Shown: positions 19,337 to 28,909, numbered from the stretch's first letter. The stretch is DNA of 64,000 nt from an uncultured virus (IMG/VR IMGVR_UViG_3300031992_000081) (IMGVR_UViG_3300031992_000081), one strand, 5' to 3'. The notes: generated by a model from the sequence alone, not told the origin. A program made the numbers and translations.

Positions 19337-19687
19337 TTACCAAGCTTTTGTATCTTTGTCTATCACGTCCGTATCTACTATTTTAGCAAGAATACCATCA
19401 TCAGGTAACACAGTAAACTGCATGTTAAACTCGTGCGTAGCAGGACTGCTCATCATATATACAGGCTCATTATCACAATATGCTACACTAGTATCCGGAC
19501 TACCAACTGTGTATTGAGCACTTTGCAAACGCACTTTCATTCGTCTTATGATATTACCATCTTTGACTTTTATCCAAAACGGCTCTTTTAAATCTATGCA
19601 TGCGAAGTCGTAGAATAAAGTGCCACAATAAGGACACTTTTCTTCCGTTATCGCAGCACCACATTGCGGACATGTTTCACGTTCCAT
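19337..19687 (-). CDS. Zn-ribbon hypothetical protein
   Basis: TCPQCGAA...CPYCGT. Confidence 0.75.
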   Translation of the reverse strand: MERETCPQCGAAITEEKCPYCGTLFYDFACIDLKEPFWIKVKDGNIIRRMKVRLQSAQYTVGSPDTSVAYCDNEPVYMMSSPATHEFNMQFTVLPDDGILAKIVDTDVIDKDTKAW

Positions 19688-20361
19688 TATTTCTTTACCT
19701 CCATCATACTAACCGAATAATCAAAATATAATTTCTTGTTACGTTCACAGTACTCAGGATCATTTACACATTTATTACCATGCTTTGAAATGAGGTACTC
19801 TTTATCGTCTTTTATCATCTTAACAGACAGAGCTTCTTTTTCATTTCCATGATATTCGCATACTCCTATAACGGTTGTATAATCGTCATAAATCTTACTT
19901 GTTATATGAATCTCAGTATTACTAGCAAGTTTCTGCGATGAAATATAATCCACAGGACGATGTTCCGTTCGACATACAACAAGAACCTTTTGTTTTGGAA
20001 TTGTGGGCGGATCATTTGGCTTTTCGGTTTCTTGTACCGCAGGTTTTACCGTTAGCATAAAGTCGCTATTTGACCATCCACCATGTCCATGTATCTTAGT
20101 TATTGTTGCTGATAGCCAATCCGGATCTCCAACTTGTGATTTAATTTCACCGTGCGAGTATTCGACCGTGTATTTCTTATCCGGTGTTAGTTTATCTACA
20201 TCTCTTACATCTATAGTACCCCATTCACCGGATGCTTCTTTTAGAATAAAATCAATAAACTCTTGCACTGTAATGTCTTGTCTATTCAAACGAATATTAT
20301 ACACTCGTGTGCAGTCTCCAGCTTCTGGTCCGTACGTAACAAGAATATCATCCTTTTTCAT
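19687..20361 (-). CDS. hypothetical two-domain protein
   Basis: 224 aa; GHGGWSNSDF motif and a Pro-rich linker. Confidence 0.75.
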   Translation of the reverse strand: MKKDDILVTYGPEAGDCTRVYNIRLNRQDITVQEFIDFILKEASGEWGTIDVRDVDKLTPDKKYTVEYSHGEIKSQVGDPDWLSATITKIHGHGGWSNSDFMLTVKPAVQETEKPNDPPTIPKQKVLVVCRTEHRPVDYISSQKLASNTEIHITSKIYDDYTTVIGVCEYHGNEKEALSVKMIKDDKEYLISKHGNKCVNDPEYCERNKKLYFDYSVSMMEVKK

Positions 20362-20384
20362 TTATCTTATCTCACTTTCTGCGT

Positions 20385-21143
20385 CTATTTTATGTAACGT
20401 GGCTGAATTGTAAATACTACTCCTAAGAATGGTTTATTGTTATCAAGATCTCCTCTAAATGTAACATTTGGAGTGCCATCAAGTTCATAATCCCAACCCC
20501 AATTATCTAATGCTTTATTATCGGTTTCAACACCTTGGAAGCTATACCATTCAGCGACGCTTGCTTGTGCGTTAGTTATAACCGAATTCTTTACTTTTCG
20601 TATGAAGAAATTATTAAAATCTAATGTTGAAGTCATTATTTTGGTTGCATTTGATACGAAAACCGGTCCGCTTTTGTCCTCGTTAAATCCTGGAGACACA
20701 ACTTTACATAAAAAATCGCCATCTCCAAGGACTACAGACGGAGGAATTTCCTTAGGAAAGTTCTGTTGGATTAATTTTTGATACAAATCTTCCTCCTTTT
20801 TCTGTCCAATTTCTCTTCGTATGACGTCTCTGTAGGCGTTTGCAGTCATTGTTACACCCAACATACCGTCCGTAGCAAATTTAATCGCTTCCTGAGACCC
20901 CGTATAACATTCTGTAATTCCGAATATTGTGCCTGTTAATATAATCAAAGGTGGCACATAATACGGTATTCCTATCTTAAATTTTTCCCAAGCAGTTAAA
21001 TCTGTGAAGCTTGGATCCTGCTGTTGCCGTACTTGACGAACTTCATTAATCTTATCGCTAGCTAGTTTGGTACTAACTCCTACCGCTATGGTAGAAAGTA
21101 TAGCACCAAAACCAACTATAACGTGCATAGTTGACAGTTTCAT
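20385..21143 (-). CDS. membrane-anchored hypothetical protein; paralog-like to 6456..7448
   Basis: Two hydrophobic segments, YVPP, REIGQKKEEDLY, WGWD, QPRY. Confidence 0.75.
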   Translation of the reverse strand: MKLSTMHVIVGFGAILSTIAVGVSTKLASDKINEVRQVRQQQDPSFTDLTAWEKFKIGIPYYVPPLIILTGTIFGITECYTGSQEAIKFATDGMLGVTMTANAYRDVIRREIGQKKEEDLYQKLIQQNFPKEIPPSVVLGDGDFLCKVVSPGFNEDKSGPVFVSNATKIMTSTLDFNNFFIRKVKNSVITNAQASVAEWYSFQGVETDNKALDNWGWDYELDGTPNVTFRGDLDNNKPFLGVVFTIQPRYIK

Positions 21144-21479
21144 TCTTTATGTTCCTCAGCTTTCATACAGTGTTGATTAAAATACGTATCTTCGTAAAAG
21201 TAAGGACAATTTTTCCCATTGCATTCACCAAAATCCGTTTTTATTTCTTTTTCTCCATCATCCGATTCTGTTGATCGAATTACCTTCTTGAATGGGCATA
21301 CTGTGATCATAGTACATTAATCCTCGCTTTATCGTCTTTTGTTTTATCCTTTTCTTTTTCCTTGCCTAAAAACAGAACTATCTTAAGGATAACATACCAT
21401 CGTATAATGCATGTTAGCAAGTATACTGATGAAAATATAATTGATGCTAATACAACATCAGGCATAAATCATCACCTCC

Positions 21480-22562
21480 TTAATCATCGATGTAACCATA
21501 TTCCTTAGCCAGATCATACATCCAATCACCTTCTTTTGCTTCACGCAGACGATTGACGAATATATTAAGGGTCGAGTGAGGGATGCTAAGAACTGTGGCT
21601 ATCGCGTTCCAACTCATCCCATCTTTTCTGGCCTCAAACATCTCGCGGACAAGTTCTGGAGTGAACCGGTCTTCACTTTTAACAAGCTTACGAGAAACAA
21701 GACCAAATTCACGTTTAATAAGCCAAATAGTACTTCTGCTAACATTGAATTCTTTGCTAATTTCATCTTCTGTTTTTCCTGCTTTAATCGCGGTTATGAT
21801 TTCTCCTTTCGTGTCGCTATCAAGCCTATTAAACCCGGTAAATGGTCTTCTCTTTTTATACGGTTTTGCGTCTGAGAAGATATCACCATACATCTTGTTC
21901 CAACGAATATATTTCGTATTATCGCCAAGTACTTCTTTCGGACGTCGAACTTTATACAAGAAACTGGCATACTGCTTTCCTGTCAGTTTAAGTTCAGTAC
22001 AAATCTGCCTTTTGTTATAACCTTTCTTGATGAGATCGACAATCTTCTCGACAATATAATCGTCCCATACAATGCGTTCACGTTTCTTATCATTATAAGG
22101 ATCCCATTTGCGAATGATTGGCTCATTCTTAGGCTCCTCAGAATCAAGATCATCGTCTTCCTCAGATTCGTTGAAATCGATCTCTTCGAATTCCATCTCA
22201 TCCGGATCAGGTCCTTTTACATGCCAGGATCCTGTTGGGATTGTATCTTCATCCTCCGGCAGTTTCTTATACAGATTCAAATCTGGTTTCTCATCTTCCG
22301 GCGGTCTCTCGTTCTTCTCCATCATTTTAGGCAGAATATAATCCTCGCCTTCAATGATAGATTTAACAAGATCCATGCACTTGTCACAGAGATAGAAAGA
22401 ATCCCAAATAGCATTATGGTCAAGGCTAAGAACACGATATCTTTCATTAAGCGGAGCTGCTGTGAGTTTAACATTCGCTGCTCCAACATACGTAACATCA
22501 TCCACTATTGTTTCACATCCGCATCTGTTGCAGACCAACACCTTTTTACAAATAACTGACAT
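21480..22562 (-). CDS. Zn finger + acidic linker + three HTH repeats (putative regulator)
   Basis: CNRCG...LCDKC; KGYNKRQICTELKLT, AGKTEDEISKEFNVSRSTI, DGMSWNAIATVLSIPHSTL. Confidence 0.7.
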   Translation of the reverse strand: MSVICKKVLVCNRCGCETIVDDVTYVGAANVKLTAAPLNERYRVLSLDHNAIWDSFYLCDKCMDLVKSIIEGEDYILPKMMEKNERPPEDEKPDLNLYKKLPEDEDTIPTGSWHVKGPDPDEMEFEEIDFNESEEDDDLDSEEPKNEPIIRKWDPYNDKKRERIVWDDYIVEKIVDLIKKGYNKRQICTELKLTGKQYASFLYKVRRPKEVLGDNTKYIRWNKMYGDIFSDAKPYKKRRPFTGFNRLDSDTKGEIITAIKAGKTEDEISKEFNVSRSTIWLIKREFGLVSRKLVKSEDRFTPELVREMFEARKDGMSWNAIATVLSIPHSTLNIFVNRLREAKEGDWMYDLAKEYGYIDD

Positions 22563-22734
22563 ATTATCACACTCCTAACAAAAATATAATTATTTACTTT
22601 GTTCATCCATCGGCTTGTAGTTAATTGGGGTATGAGACTCTTCCCCATCTCTAGCTGGAGTATACAAGCACTCGTTGCAAGGATCTTCATCTTGCGGTAC
22701 ATTTCTATGCTGACAAGTCTTGCACATTCTAAAG

Positions 22735-23226
22735 TCAACCAGTTTGCTCAGTCCTTTTGTCATATCCATACACCTCCTTTATTTTTTCATCATGATAGAT
22801 CGTTTTGTAAACGTAATCATATGCAAGAGATCCGCATACAATTCCCGTTCCGATAGCTCCGAACAATGCCATGCTTTTAATCGGATATGGATTGCACATG
22901 ATAATGCCTTCAGATGCAATAACGATAGCAACCATTATAGCACTTGCAAAAAGAGTTGCTTTTCCTCGTCTCTTAACATCATTCCAGCATTCAGAGCCCA
23001 TATAGTGCTTAAGAGACTCTAAACTAAACTTAACAGTTATATTATAGGCTCTGTTATCGTCTCCTACTCTTGTGACTGTATAGCCGTCAATAAGAACCTT
23101 TTTAAGGAACTTAATTGCGAACTTGATAGCACTTTCCTCGTCTGCAGCATAGTCACTAAATTCTGTTAAAGCGTCTGCTACAACCTCGTTTAAAATGTCT
23201 TCGTTAAATACCTGTTTCATGATCAT
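22735..23226 (-). CDS. membrane protein (2 TM)
   Basis: Two hydrophobic helices in the C-terminal half. Confidence 0.7.
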   Translation of the reverse strand: MIMKQVFNEDILNEVVADALTEFSDYAADEESAIKFAIKFLKKVLIDGYTVTRVGDDNRAYNITVKFSLESLKHYMGSECWNDVKRRGKATLFASAIMVAIVIASEGIIMCNPYPIKSMALFGAIGTGIVCGSLAYDYVYKTIYHDEKIKEVYGYDKRTEQTG

Positions 23227-23232
23227 TCTCCT

Positions 23233-23460
23233 TTACTTTATTTGATCTTTCTCGTACTGTTCTTCTTTATTTGTTCCATCGACTTCATCATCAATGTACA
23301 TCTTAGCTTCTGCCTCGCTATCCCTTCTGGCAACTACAATTGACCTAATACTATTAAGCCCTCTGGAATTTGCCGGAAGATACTTTCGAACCTGATAACA
23401 GTTCTCGTAAGCACTCCACTGAATATAATAACCACGATATGACTTGCTCATGATAATCAC
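23233..23460 (-). CDS. hypothetical protein
   Basis: 75-aa ORF in the operon. Confidence 0.65.
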   Translation of the reverse strand: MIIMSKSYRGYYIQWSAYENCYQVRKYLPANSRGLNSIRSIVVARRDSEAEAKMYIDDEVDGTNKEEQYEKDQIK

Positions 23461-23924
23461 TTCCTTTCATCATTATCTTTAAGCCACTCATTATACAAAT
23501 AATACTTGCATACTTCACTTCCTTCCAAGATTAAGAAATTCCAAATATACTTCTCATTACTGACTACTTCACGATATTGAGCAACAATCTCACGTTCCAT
23601 CAATGGAGTATACTTAGTCAAATATACTCGTTCGTCAACAGCTCCATCACTAGCTACCAAATACTGATCACACAAATTACGAAGCGTTGTATCATCGTGC
23701 ATCTTTTCATTCTCGAAATGTTCTTTTAGCAGCTTACGCATGACTTTCATTTGCTTTTCGTCCTTTTTCTTCCTCTTTTCAGATTCGGCTTTTAATTGCT
23801 CATCAACGTTCGTAGCAAATTTGTCATCAAGCTTACCAAGACGACCCATGTACCAGAATCCTGATTTCATTCCAATTTTAACCATCTCTCCTGGATGTTT
23901 CTTAATATAATCTTTAAGTATCAT
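23457..23924 (-). CDS. hypothetical protein
   Basis: 155-aa ORF, ATGA coupling. Confidence 0.75.
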   Translation of the reverse strand: MILKDYIKKHPGEMVKIGMKSGFWYMGRLGKLDDKFATNVDEQLKAESEKRKKKDEKQMKVMRKLLKEHFENEKMHDDTTLRNLCDQYLVASDGAVDERVYLTKYTPLMEREIVAQYREVVSNEKYIWNFLILEGSEVCKYYLYNEWLKDNDERK

Positions 23925-24115
23925 TTTTTCGTCTGCTCCTTATACTTTTTTACCAGTTCACAATCAGGGTCTATTAAATTCTGATAAACAATATAATCGT
24001 CTATATCACCCTCTTTAAACGAACAAAAGTAAGAATCGTCAAATTCATGATGAAGAAATGAACAACTTGCACAACATGATGGGACTATTATGTCTACTTT
24101 AACTACGTCACACAT
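23921..24115 (-). CDS. small Cys-rich protein
   Basis: PSCCASCSF...PDCEL. Confidence 0.65.
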   Translation of the reverse strand: MCDVVKVDIIVPSCCASCSFLHHEFDDSYFCSFKEGDIDDYIVYQNLIDPDCELVKKYKEQTKK

Positions 24116-24127
24116 ATTCTTTCTCCC

Positions 24128-24427
24128 TCATAATACATCCTCCACTTTGATTTCTGTTTTATTAAGATCCATATTAACATTGTTAATTATGATGTCGATT
24201 ACTCTATCCCATAGGACGGGATTGTATACAGGATCATCACGAAGCAATAGAGGTTTTAAAACCATAGAAAAACGCATTTTATCGTACTTGCAATTTTTCC
24301 ATATCTGTGCCAGAATGACTCGCATTTCATGGTTCTTTTTGTCGCACCAAATTGCGTTTATTTCAACGATTGCTTTTTCTGTTGCCATCTCAATAACAGC
24401 ATTGTATATTTCATCTGACTCTCTCAT
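24128..24427 (-). CDS. hypothetical protein
   Basis: 99 aa, AAGGAG RBS. Confidence 0.7.
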   Translation of the reverse strand: MRESDEIYNAVIEMATEKAIVEINAIWCDKKNHEMRVILAQIWKNCKYDKMRFSMVLKPLLLRDDPVYNPVLWDRVIDIIINNVNMDLNKTEIKVEDVL

Positions 24428-24452
24428 ATCAAAACTCCTTTATATTGATATA

Positions 24453-24496
24453 GAAAAAGATCAAGAGACCAGATATTTCTATCTAGTCTCTCTTTC
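24453..24496 (-). terminator. intrinsic terminator, family A (AGAGACTAGA..TCTGGTCTCTTGATCTTTT)
   Basis: Near-identical to hairpins at 29070-29111 and 29291-29333. Confidence 0.75.
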
Positions 24497-24511
24497 TTAG
24501 ATTTTTTCCTG

Positions 24512-24829
24512 TCAGCCCTTATTTTTTTCTCTATGGGCTCTTTCAGAAATCTTGTCTGGGAGATCTGTCGCGCTCACAACGCAACCGCCGACCAGCCAAA
24601 GCAGCCAAGATCCGACTCTCATTACAATCTCACCTCTTGTTCGATCCTTTTGCAGCTGTTTTTCATATTCAGCACGCAAACGGGCTTGCTCAAGAGTGTT
24701 AAGATTCTTAACCTCCTCAGTTTGTCTATCTTGTTCTCCTTTTGCTTCGATCTCAGCGATTCTAAACTCGTGTTCGATCTCCTTAATAGATCGGATTTCA
24801 TCAAAATTTAATCCGTTATACTCTGACAT
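24512..24829 (-). CDS. coiled-coil protein with C-terminal TM
   Basis: 105 aa, AGGAGGTG RBS. Confidence 0.75.
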   Translation of the reverse strand: MSEYNGLNFDEIRSIKEIEHEFRIAEIEAKGEQDRQTEEVKNLNTLEQARLRAEYEKQLQKDRTRGEIVMRVGSWLLWLVGGCVVSATDLPDKISERAHREKNKG

Positions 24830-24848
24830 AGGTTTTCACCTCCTTTCA

Positions 24849-25079
24849 TTAAGTTACCGGATTCTCGTGCGAATCATCCATTTGTGTTTTGTTCCAGAAT
24901 ATAATAGCATCTCTTTCGCTGGTTTTGGTTTGAATGCTAACAGGATCTGGACAGCCATCTGTAGCACACCATATCTGGTAATGTATGGTACCACATTCTC
25001 CGTCTTTAAATCTAAACAAATGAGGCGGTTTTCCGCAAGCCTTACATGGTAGTGCTTTTATGATATCATCGTTATCCAT
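24849..25079 (-). CDS. Lar-like Zn-finger protein
   Basis: LPCKACG...IWCATDGC...DAIIFWNK. Confidence 0.55.
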   Translation of the reverse strand: MDNDDIIKALPCKACGKPPHLFRFKDGECGTIHYQIWCATDGCPDPVSIQTKTSERDAIIFWNKTQMDDSHENPVT

Positions 25080-25093
25080 GAAATATAATCCTC

Positions 25094-25279
25094 CTACATT
25101 ACCTTATTCCATTCTTTTACGGCAGATTCGTATCCAACAAAGGATATAATAGCCGGTTGATTGCAATTTTTATTTGGACAATAAATCTTCGTCATATTAT
25201 CGTCCTCGTACTTTTTTCTGAATCTGAGCTCTCGCTTAACGTTTGGTGTGGCTCCACATTTACATTTTTTAATTTCCAT
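25094..25279 (-). CDS. Lar-like Zn-finger protein
   Basis: KKCKCG...IYCPNKNC...SAVKEWNK. Confidence 0.55.
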   Translation of the reverse strand: MEIKKCKCGATPNVKRELRFRKKYEDDNMTKIYCPNKNCNQPAIISFVGYESAVKEWNKVM

Positions 25280-25305
25280 GATTAAAATCCTCCCTTAAAT
25301 ATAAT

Positions 25306-25662
25306 TTATCCCCAATCAACAAACTTGGGATAATCATCGTCGTACATTTCCGCAAGCCCTTTATATTCAGTCAGCGGATTATAGGTTGTTTCATAGCAGT
25401 ATGGCTCTGGCATAATCGTGTTATTAATATCGATCACGTATAAGTCAAACCACTCTCGAAACTCGTCAGCTAAAAATATAATTGTTTTTTCAAACATGAA
25501 CTCTGAGCTTGGGTCTTCTTCATTAAAGATTTTATGATGATCTAACAGATATCGAATTGATAAAAGATCTTTATATTGATCCTTATTCAAATATCCGTAA
25601 AACTTACCGAGTTCTATACCTCTATCGTCTCCCATGTATCTAATCGTAGGTCGGTATCCCAT
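25306..25662 (-). CDS. hypothetical protein
   Basis: MGYRPT after AGGAGG; ELGKFYGY motif. Confidence 0.7.
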   Translation of the reverse strand: MGYRPTIRYMGDDRGIELGKFYGYLNKDQYKDLLSIRYLLDHHKIFNEEDPSSEFMFEKTIIFLADEFREWFDLYVIDINNTIMPEPYCYETTYNPLTEYKGLAEMYDDDYPKFVDWG

Positions 25663-25663
25663 A

Positions 25664-25942
25664 TTAGTCCTCCTTTTTACAATATTCTTTAACATTACGA
25701 ATTTCTACCTCCTCAACCTGTCTCCACTCAGGAAGAGAAAATATAATTGGAGATGTAAGTCCATACACTATTGCATAGGATTTCTTTAGAAATTCTTTGT
25801 AAAGATCCTCATTATTAAGCGTTTTCCATGCGTGAATGCATATGTCTCTGAAATCGTTCTTATCTTCACTGTTCCATCGATCGTTAACCATAGAAATGAT
25901 ATTTTCTATGGATTTTTTAATTGTTTCTTCTGTATATGACAT
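25664..25942 (-). CDS. hypothetical protein
   Basis: 92 aa, AGGAG RBS. Confidence 0.7.
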   Translation of the reverse strand: MSYTEETIKKSIENIISMVNDRWNSEDKNDFRDICIHAWKTLNNEDLYKEFLKKSYAIVYGLTSPIIFSLPEWRQVEEVEIRNVKEYCKKED

Positions 25943-25971
25943 ATTATATCACACTCCTAACTTAAATATAA

Positions 25972-26160
25972 TTAGTCTTCAACCCAAACAGTCATTGTCA
26001 TATGCGGGTAGATCTTGTAATCGTGCCTACAAGGTTTACCGTCTTTATCAAGAATTGTTGTAGCGCCTTCTGTTTCTCGTCTAAATACTCGTTTGTCTCT
26101 TACTCGATTCAGTTTAAATTCATCTCCCGGATTTAAATTGTAATACTTAACTGCTCTCAT
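25972..26160 (-). CDS. small hypothetical protein
   Basis: 62 aa, AGGAGG RBS. Confidence 0.65.
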   Translation of the reverse strand: MRAVKYYNLNPGDEFKLNRVRDKRVFRRETEGATTILDKDGKPCRHDYKIYPHMTMTVWVED

Positions 26161-26324
26161 TGTTATCCTCCTTCATCTGATCCAATCGTTTTACGAACTG
26201 TTCTTTAAGACTGAGAGCAGCAGATGCAGTTGCCAAGGCTTCGATTTCTTTAATATCATTAGTCTTCGACATCATGTTAATAATGATAATCTGCGCTTCT
26301 CTATCAGTCATGTATTACACCTCC

Positions 26325-26606
26325 TCATGCATGATGGATTTTACCGTCGACTACGTACGTAACAGTTTCGATACCATCGTATTCATTAATCTCCCAATCT
26401 GTAGTCTCATCCGAGATTTCTTCAATGACAAGAGCTGCGTATCTTCCACTGCATTTCTCAGATCCGTATGTTTCAATAAGATCAATAAGCTTCTCATCGT
26501 TTCTCAAAAATGGGACATCGTAATCATATGGACGACAACCAAGCTTTTCGCATGCAAAATCACTAAGAGCGAAACCACCATATTCCTTATTAAGTACAAT
26601 TTTCAT
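26325..26606 (-). CDS. hypothetical phage protein
   Basis: MKIVLNKEYGGFALS...WEINEYDGIE; AGGAGG RBS. Confidence 0.75.
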   Translation of the reverse strand: MKIVLNKEYGGFALSDFACEKLGCRPYDYDVPFLRNDEKLIDLIETYGSEKCSGRYAALVIEEISDETTDWEINEYDGIETVTYVVDGKIHHA

Positions 26607-26625
26607 GTATTATACCTCCTTCAAC

Positions 26626-27150
26626 TTAATAATTTCTAGACCAGTCATACTTAATATCGTAATTAAATTCAATACGATCACACTTTTTATTAAAATCATG
26701 GTTAAGATGTATTTCTATTCGTGGGCATTCCTTCTTAAAATTAAAATACTGATCTAAGTGAAACCATCCGACATTTTTTGGATCTTCGGGTCCAAATTCA
26801 GATATTATGGATTCTTTTTTAATTTTTGCCCATTCAAATCCAACTGAATAAAGAGAATCATAAACGTCCAAAATTGTAATATCCCGTTCTTGCAACTCTT
26901 TATTTAATTTATCTTCTACGCGTCGCAATAAACAATAATCGTAATTGCTAAGTGCCGGTCTAATACGAATTGCAAATTTTGATTCCAATGTCGGTTCAAA
27001 CCCTTCACAATCATCGCTACCGCATTCATAATTTGTAAGAGCCGCAGCAAAATATTCGCAGCTAGCCGTGCTGTCATTATTGCTATCTTCGTAAAGTTCA
27101 TCGTCTTCGTAGTGTACACAAAAATGTCTACAATCTTCGCAACAAATCAT
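26626..27150 (-). CDS. Cys-rich hypothetical protein
   Basis: CCEDCRHFC N-terminus; 174 aa. Confidence 0.7.
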   Translation of the reverse strand: MICCEDCRHFCVHYEDDELYEDSNNDSTASCEYFAAALTNYECGSDDCEGFEPTLESKFAIRIRPALSNYDYCLLRRVEDKLNKELQERDITILDVYDSLYSVGFEWAKIKKESIISEFGPEDPKNVGWFHLDQYFNFKKECPRIEIHLNHDFNKKCDRIEFNYDIKYDWSRNY

Positions 27151-27153
27151 ACG

Positions 27154-27354
27154 TTAAACCTCCTCAACAACATCCATCTTAACAATCCTAAGGATTACCT
27201 TCTCATGAGCTGTAAGGTTAACATACTCGTCAGTATCCTTAAGAATCTTAACTTTTTCTTTAGCTGAATCCAAAGTAGCATGAAAGCTAATAATATCACA
27301 TTCATTATACTCCGGATTGTTAAAATTGAAATACTCACTAATTACGGCATACAT
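27154..27354 (-). CDS. small hypothetical protein
   Basis: 66 aa, AGGAGG RBS. Confidence 0.65.
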   Translation of the reverse strand: MYAVISEYFNFNNPEYNECDIISFHATLDSAKEKVKILKDTDEYVNLTAHEKVILRIVKMDVVEEV

Positions 27355-27356
27355 AG

Positions 27357-27695
27357 TTTTATTCCTCCTTCATTTTAGGCTCGCCTAAATACTCGTTTAA
27401 AGCATCGCGTGCTTTTTTTAAATATTCACATACATCTTTGTCCTTTGATATGCTCATTTCTGTGAGAACAAAATATCTAAAAGATGCTTTACCCTCTCGG
27501 TTTATATGTGTTTTTAATGAAATTTTTATTGTTTTTCCACACGGTCGATCCACAAATTCTCTTTTAAGAATTCTGCCACGCCCATAATACTTGCTGCTGT
27601 TCTTCAGTTCTTGAATTCGGTTCTCGATTTCCTTTTTCTGAAGTATCAATTTTTCTAATTCAGTCATATTTTTATTCCTCCTTCATTTTAGGCTC
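27357..27695. repeat. 26-bp perfect direct repeat bracketing one gene
   Basis: TTTTATTCCTCCTTCATTTTAGGCTC at 27357-27382 and 27670-27695. Confidence 0.85.
27359..27667 (-). CDS. hypothetical protein
   Basis: 102 aa; ends GEPKMKEE like the neighbouring gene. Confidence 0.7.
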   Translation of the reverse strand: MTELEKLILQKKEIENRIQELKNSSKYYGRGRILKREFVDRPCGKTIKISLKTHINREGKASFRYFVLTEMSISKDKDVCEYLKKARDALNEYLGEPKMKEE

Positions 27696-27998
27696 ACCAT
27701 AAGCCTTAATTACACGTTCTATAACATCATCCGCGGTTAGCCACCCTTTAACCAAATCGCCATCTTCCTCTTCATTCACGATCTCATCGCCCATTATCTC
27801 GAGAAGACCTTGCTCAAAACCATATGAAAAAGAGTGCCAAACTGCATCCCACAATAGTTCATCATCCTTGTCATATATAATTACTTGATACCAAGGAGAA
27901 AAAGAATAATGCGGATGGTGATCAAACTTTTCAATATCCCATCCATAAAAATCCTTGTGCTCCATCAGCCAATCGTATAACTTATTAATTTCATCCAT
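27672..27998 (-). CDS. hypothetical phage protein
   Basis: SYGFEQGLLEIMG...GWLTADDV. Confidence 0.75.
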   Translation of the reverse strand: MDEINKLYDWLMEHKDFYGWDIEKFDHHPHYSFSPWYQVIIYDKDDELLWDAVWHSFSYGFEQGLLEIMGDEIVNEEEDGDLVKGWLTADDVIERVIKAYGEPKMKEE

Positions 27999-28015
27999 AA
28001 TATCACACTCCTTAC

Positions 28016-28444
28016 TTAAAATCTGCCTTTCTTAAAATTTGTAAATGCGTAATTTAGTGCCATAACAAGCCAAAGAACTGTAGAAACCAGATATATTATA
28101 CTAAATATAATTCTCACCGGTTCTATCCATAGTATTGCGTTAATTGGCAAAATAAACTGAGAAGCTGCACAAATAACGGTATGTGTTGTATTAACGCCTT
28201 TATAATCTATCTCAAAATTTTCATAGATTTTGTTAACTATCTCAGTATTTGACTCAAGATCTGTTTCCGGATGCTCCTTTTTACGCCTGACACTAGCAAG
28301 TATTGTGTATGCAAATGTGAAACAAAAAAGAGCTGCGAATATCATACTTAATAAACGCAGTCCAATAAGTTCACTAACCGCTAATGCAAAAAAGAATGAT
28401 CCTGTCAAAAGATTCTCGAATTGATCCCTGTTTTCTTCACTCAT
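28016..28444 (-). CDS. multi-pass membrane protein (about 4 TM)
   Basis: Four hydrophobic segments. Confidence 0.75.
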   Translation of the reverse strand: MSEENRDQFENLLTGSFFFALAVSELIGLRLLSMIFAALFCFTFAYTILASVRRKKEHPETDLESNTEIVNKIYENFEIDYKGVNTTHTVICAASQFILPINAILWIEPVRIIFSIIYLVSTVLWLVMALNYAFTNFKKGRF

Positions 28445-28457
28445 CGTATTGTCCTCC

Positions 28458-28709
28458 TTAGTTTACGATTTCTTTAAGAACTTCAATTGGTATTTCAAAA
28501 TTGATAAGTGCCCATCCATGCCTATTAAAATAACGGGAATTCAGATAGGCTTCAATTGCATCGCTTGTTCCGTATCGTATAGCGTTTTTAATTAACGATT
28601 TTGGAACACGAGTCTTTTGAATTCTCTTTTTCCATGGAACCGTAAATTTAAGAACGATATAAAACGGGTTCTTTGTTATCACTTTTCCTTCAAATTCTGT
28701 TCTTACCAT
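28458..28709 (-). CDS. hypothetical protein
   Basis: 83 aa, AGGAG RBS. Confidence 0.7.
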   Translation of the reverse strand: MVRTEFEGKVITKNPFYIVLKFTVPWKKRIQKTRVPKSLIKNAIRYGTSDAIEAYLNSRYFNRHGWALINFEIPIEVLKEIVN

Positions 28710-28746
28710 AGTTTCACTCTCCTAACAAAAATATAATTTTATTTGA

Positions 28747-28824
28747 TGGTGGAACATCAGGGATTCGAACCCTGGACCGCCTGTTTATGAGACAGGTGCT
28801 GCTAACCTGCTGAGCTAATGTTCC
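28747..28824 (-). tRNA. tRNA with CAT anticodon (Ile2 or elongator Met)
   Basis: GGAACAT...ATGTTCC-A-CCA acceptor, CCTGT-CTCATAA-ACAGG anticodon arm, CAGGG-TTCGAAT-CCCTG T arm. Paired 1-72 and no 3 G-C anticodon pairs, so not initiator. Confidence 0.9.
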
Positions 28825-28832
28825 ATAAATGC

Positions 28833-28909
28833 TGGTGGAGTATATCGGATTTGAACCGATACTCTATAGATTTTAAGTCTACTGCCTCTGCCAATTGGGC
28901 TAATACTCC
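28833..28909 (-). tRNA. tRNA-Leu(TAA) with short variable loop
   Basis: GGAGTAT...ATACTCC-A-CCA, GTAGA-CTTAAAA-TCTAT, variable region AGAGT, ATCGG-TTCAAAT-CCGAT. Confidence 0.88.

Noticed and set aside
28710..28746. tRNA-associated theta (HDV-like) ribozyme
   Set aside because: The tRNA 3' trailer is a short AT-rich leader and RBS with no room for the fold.
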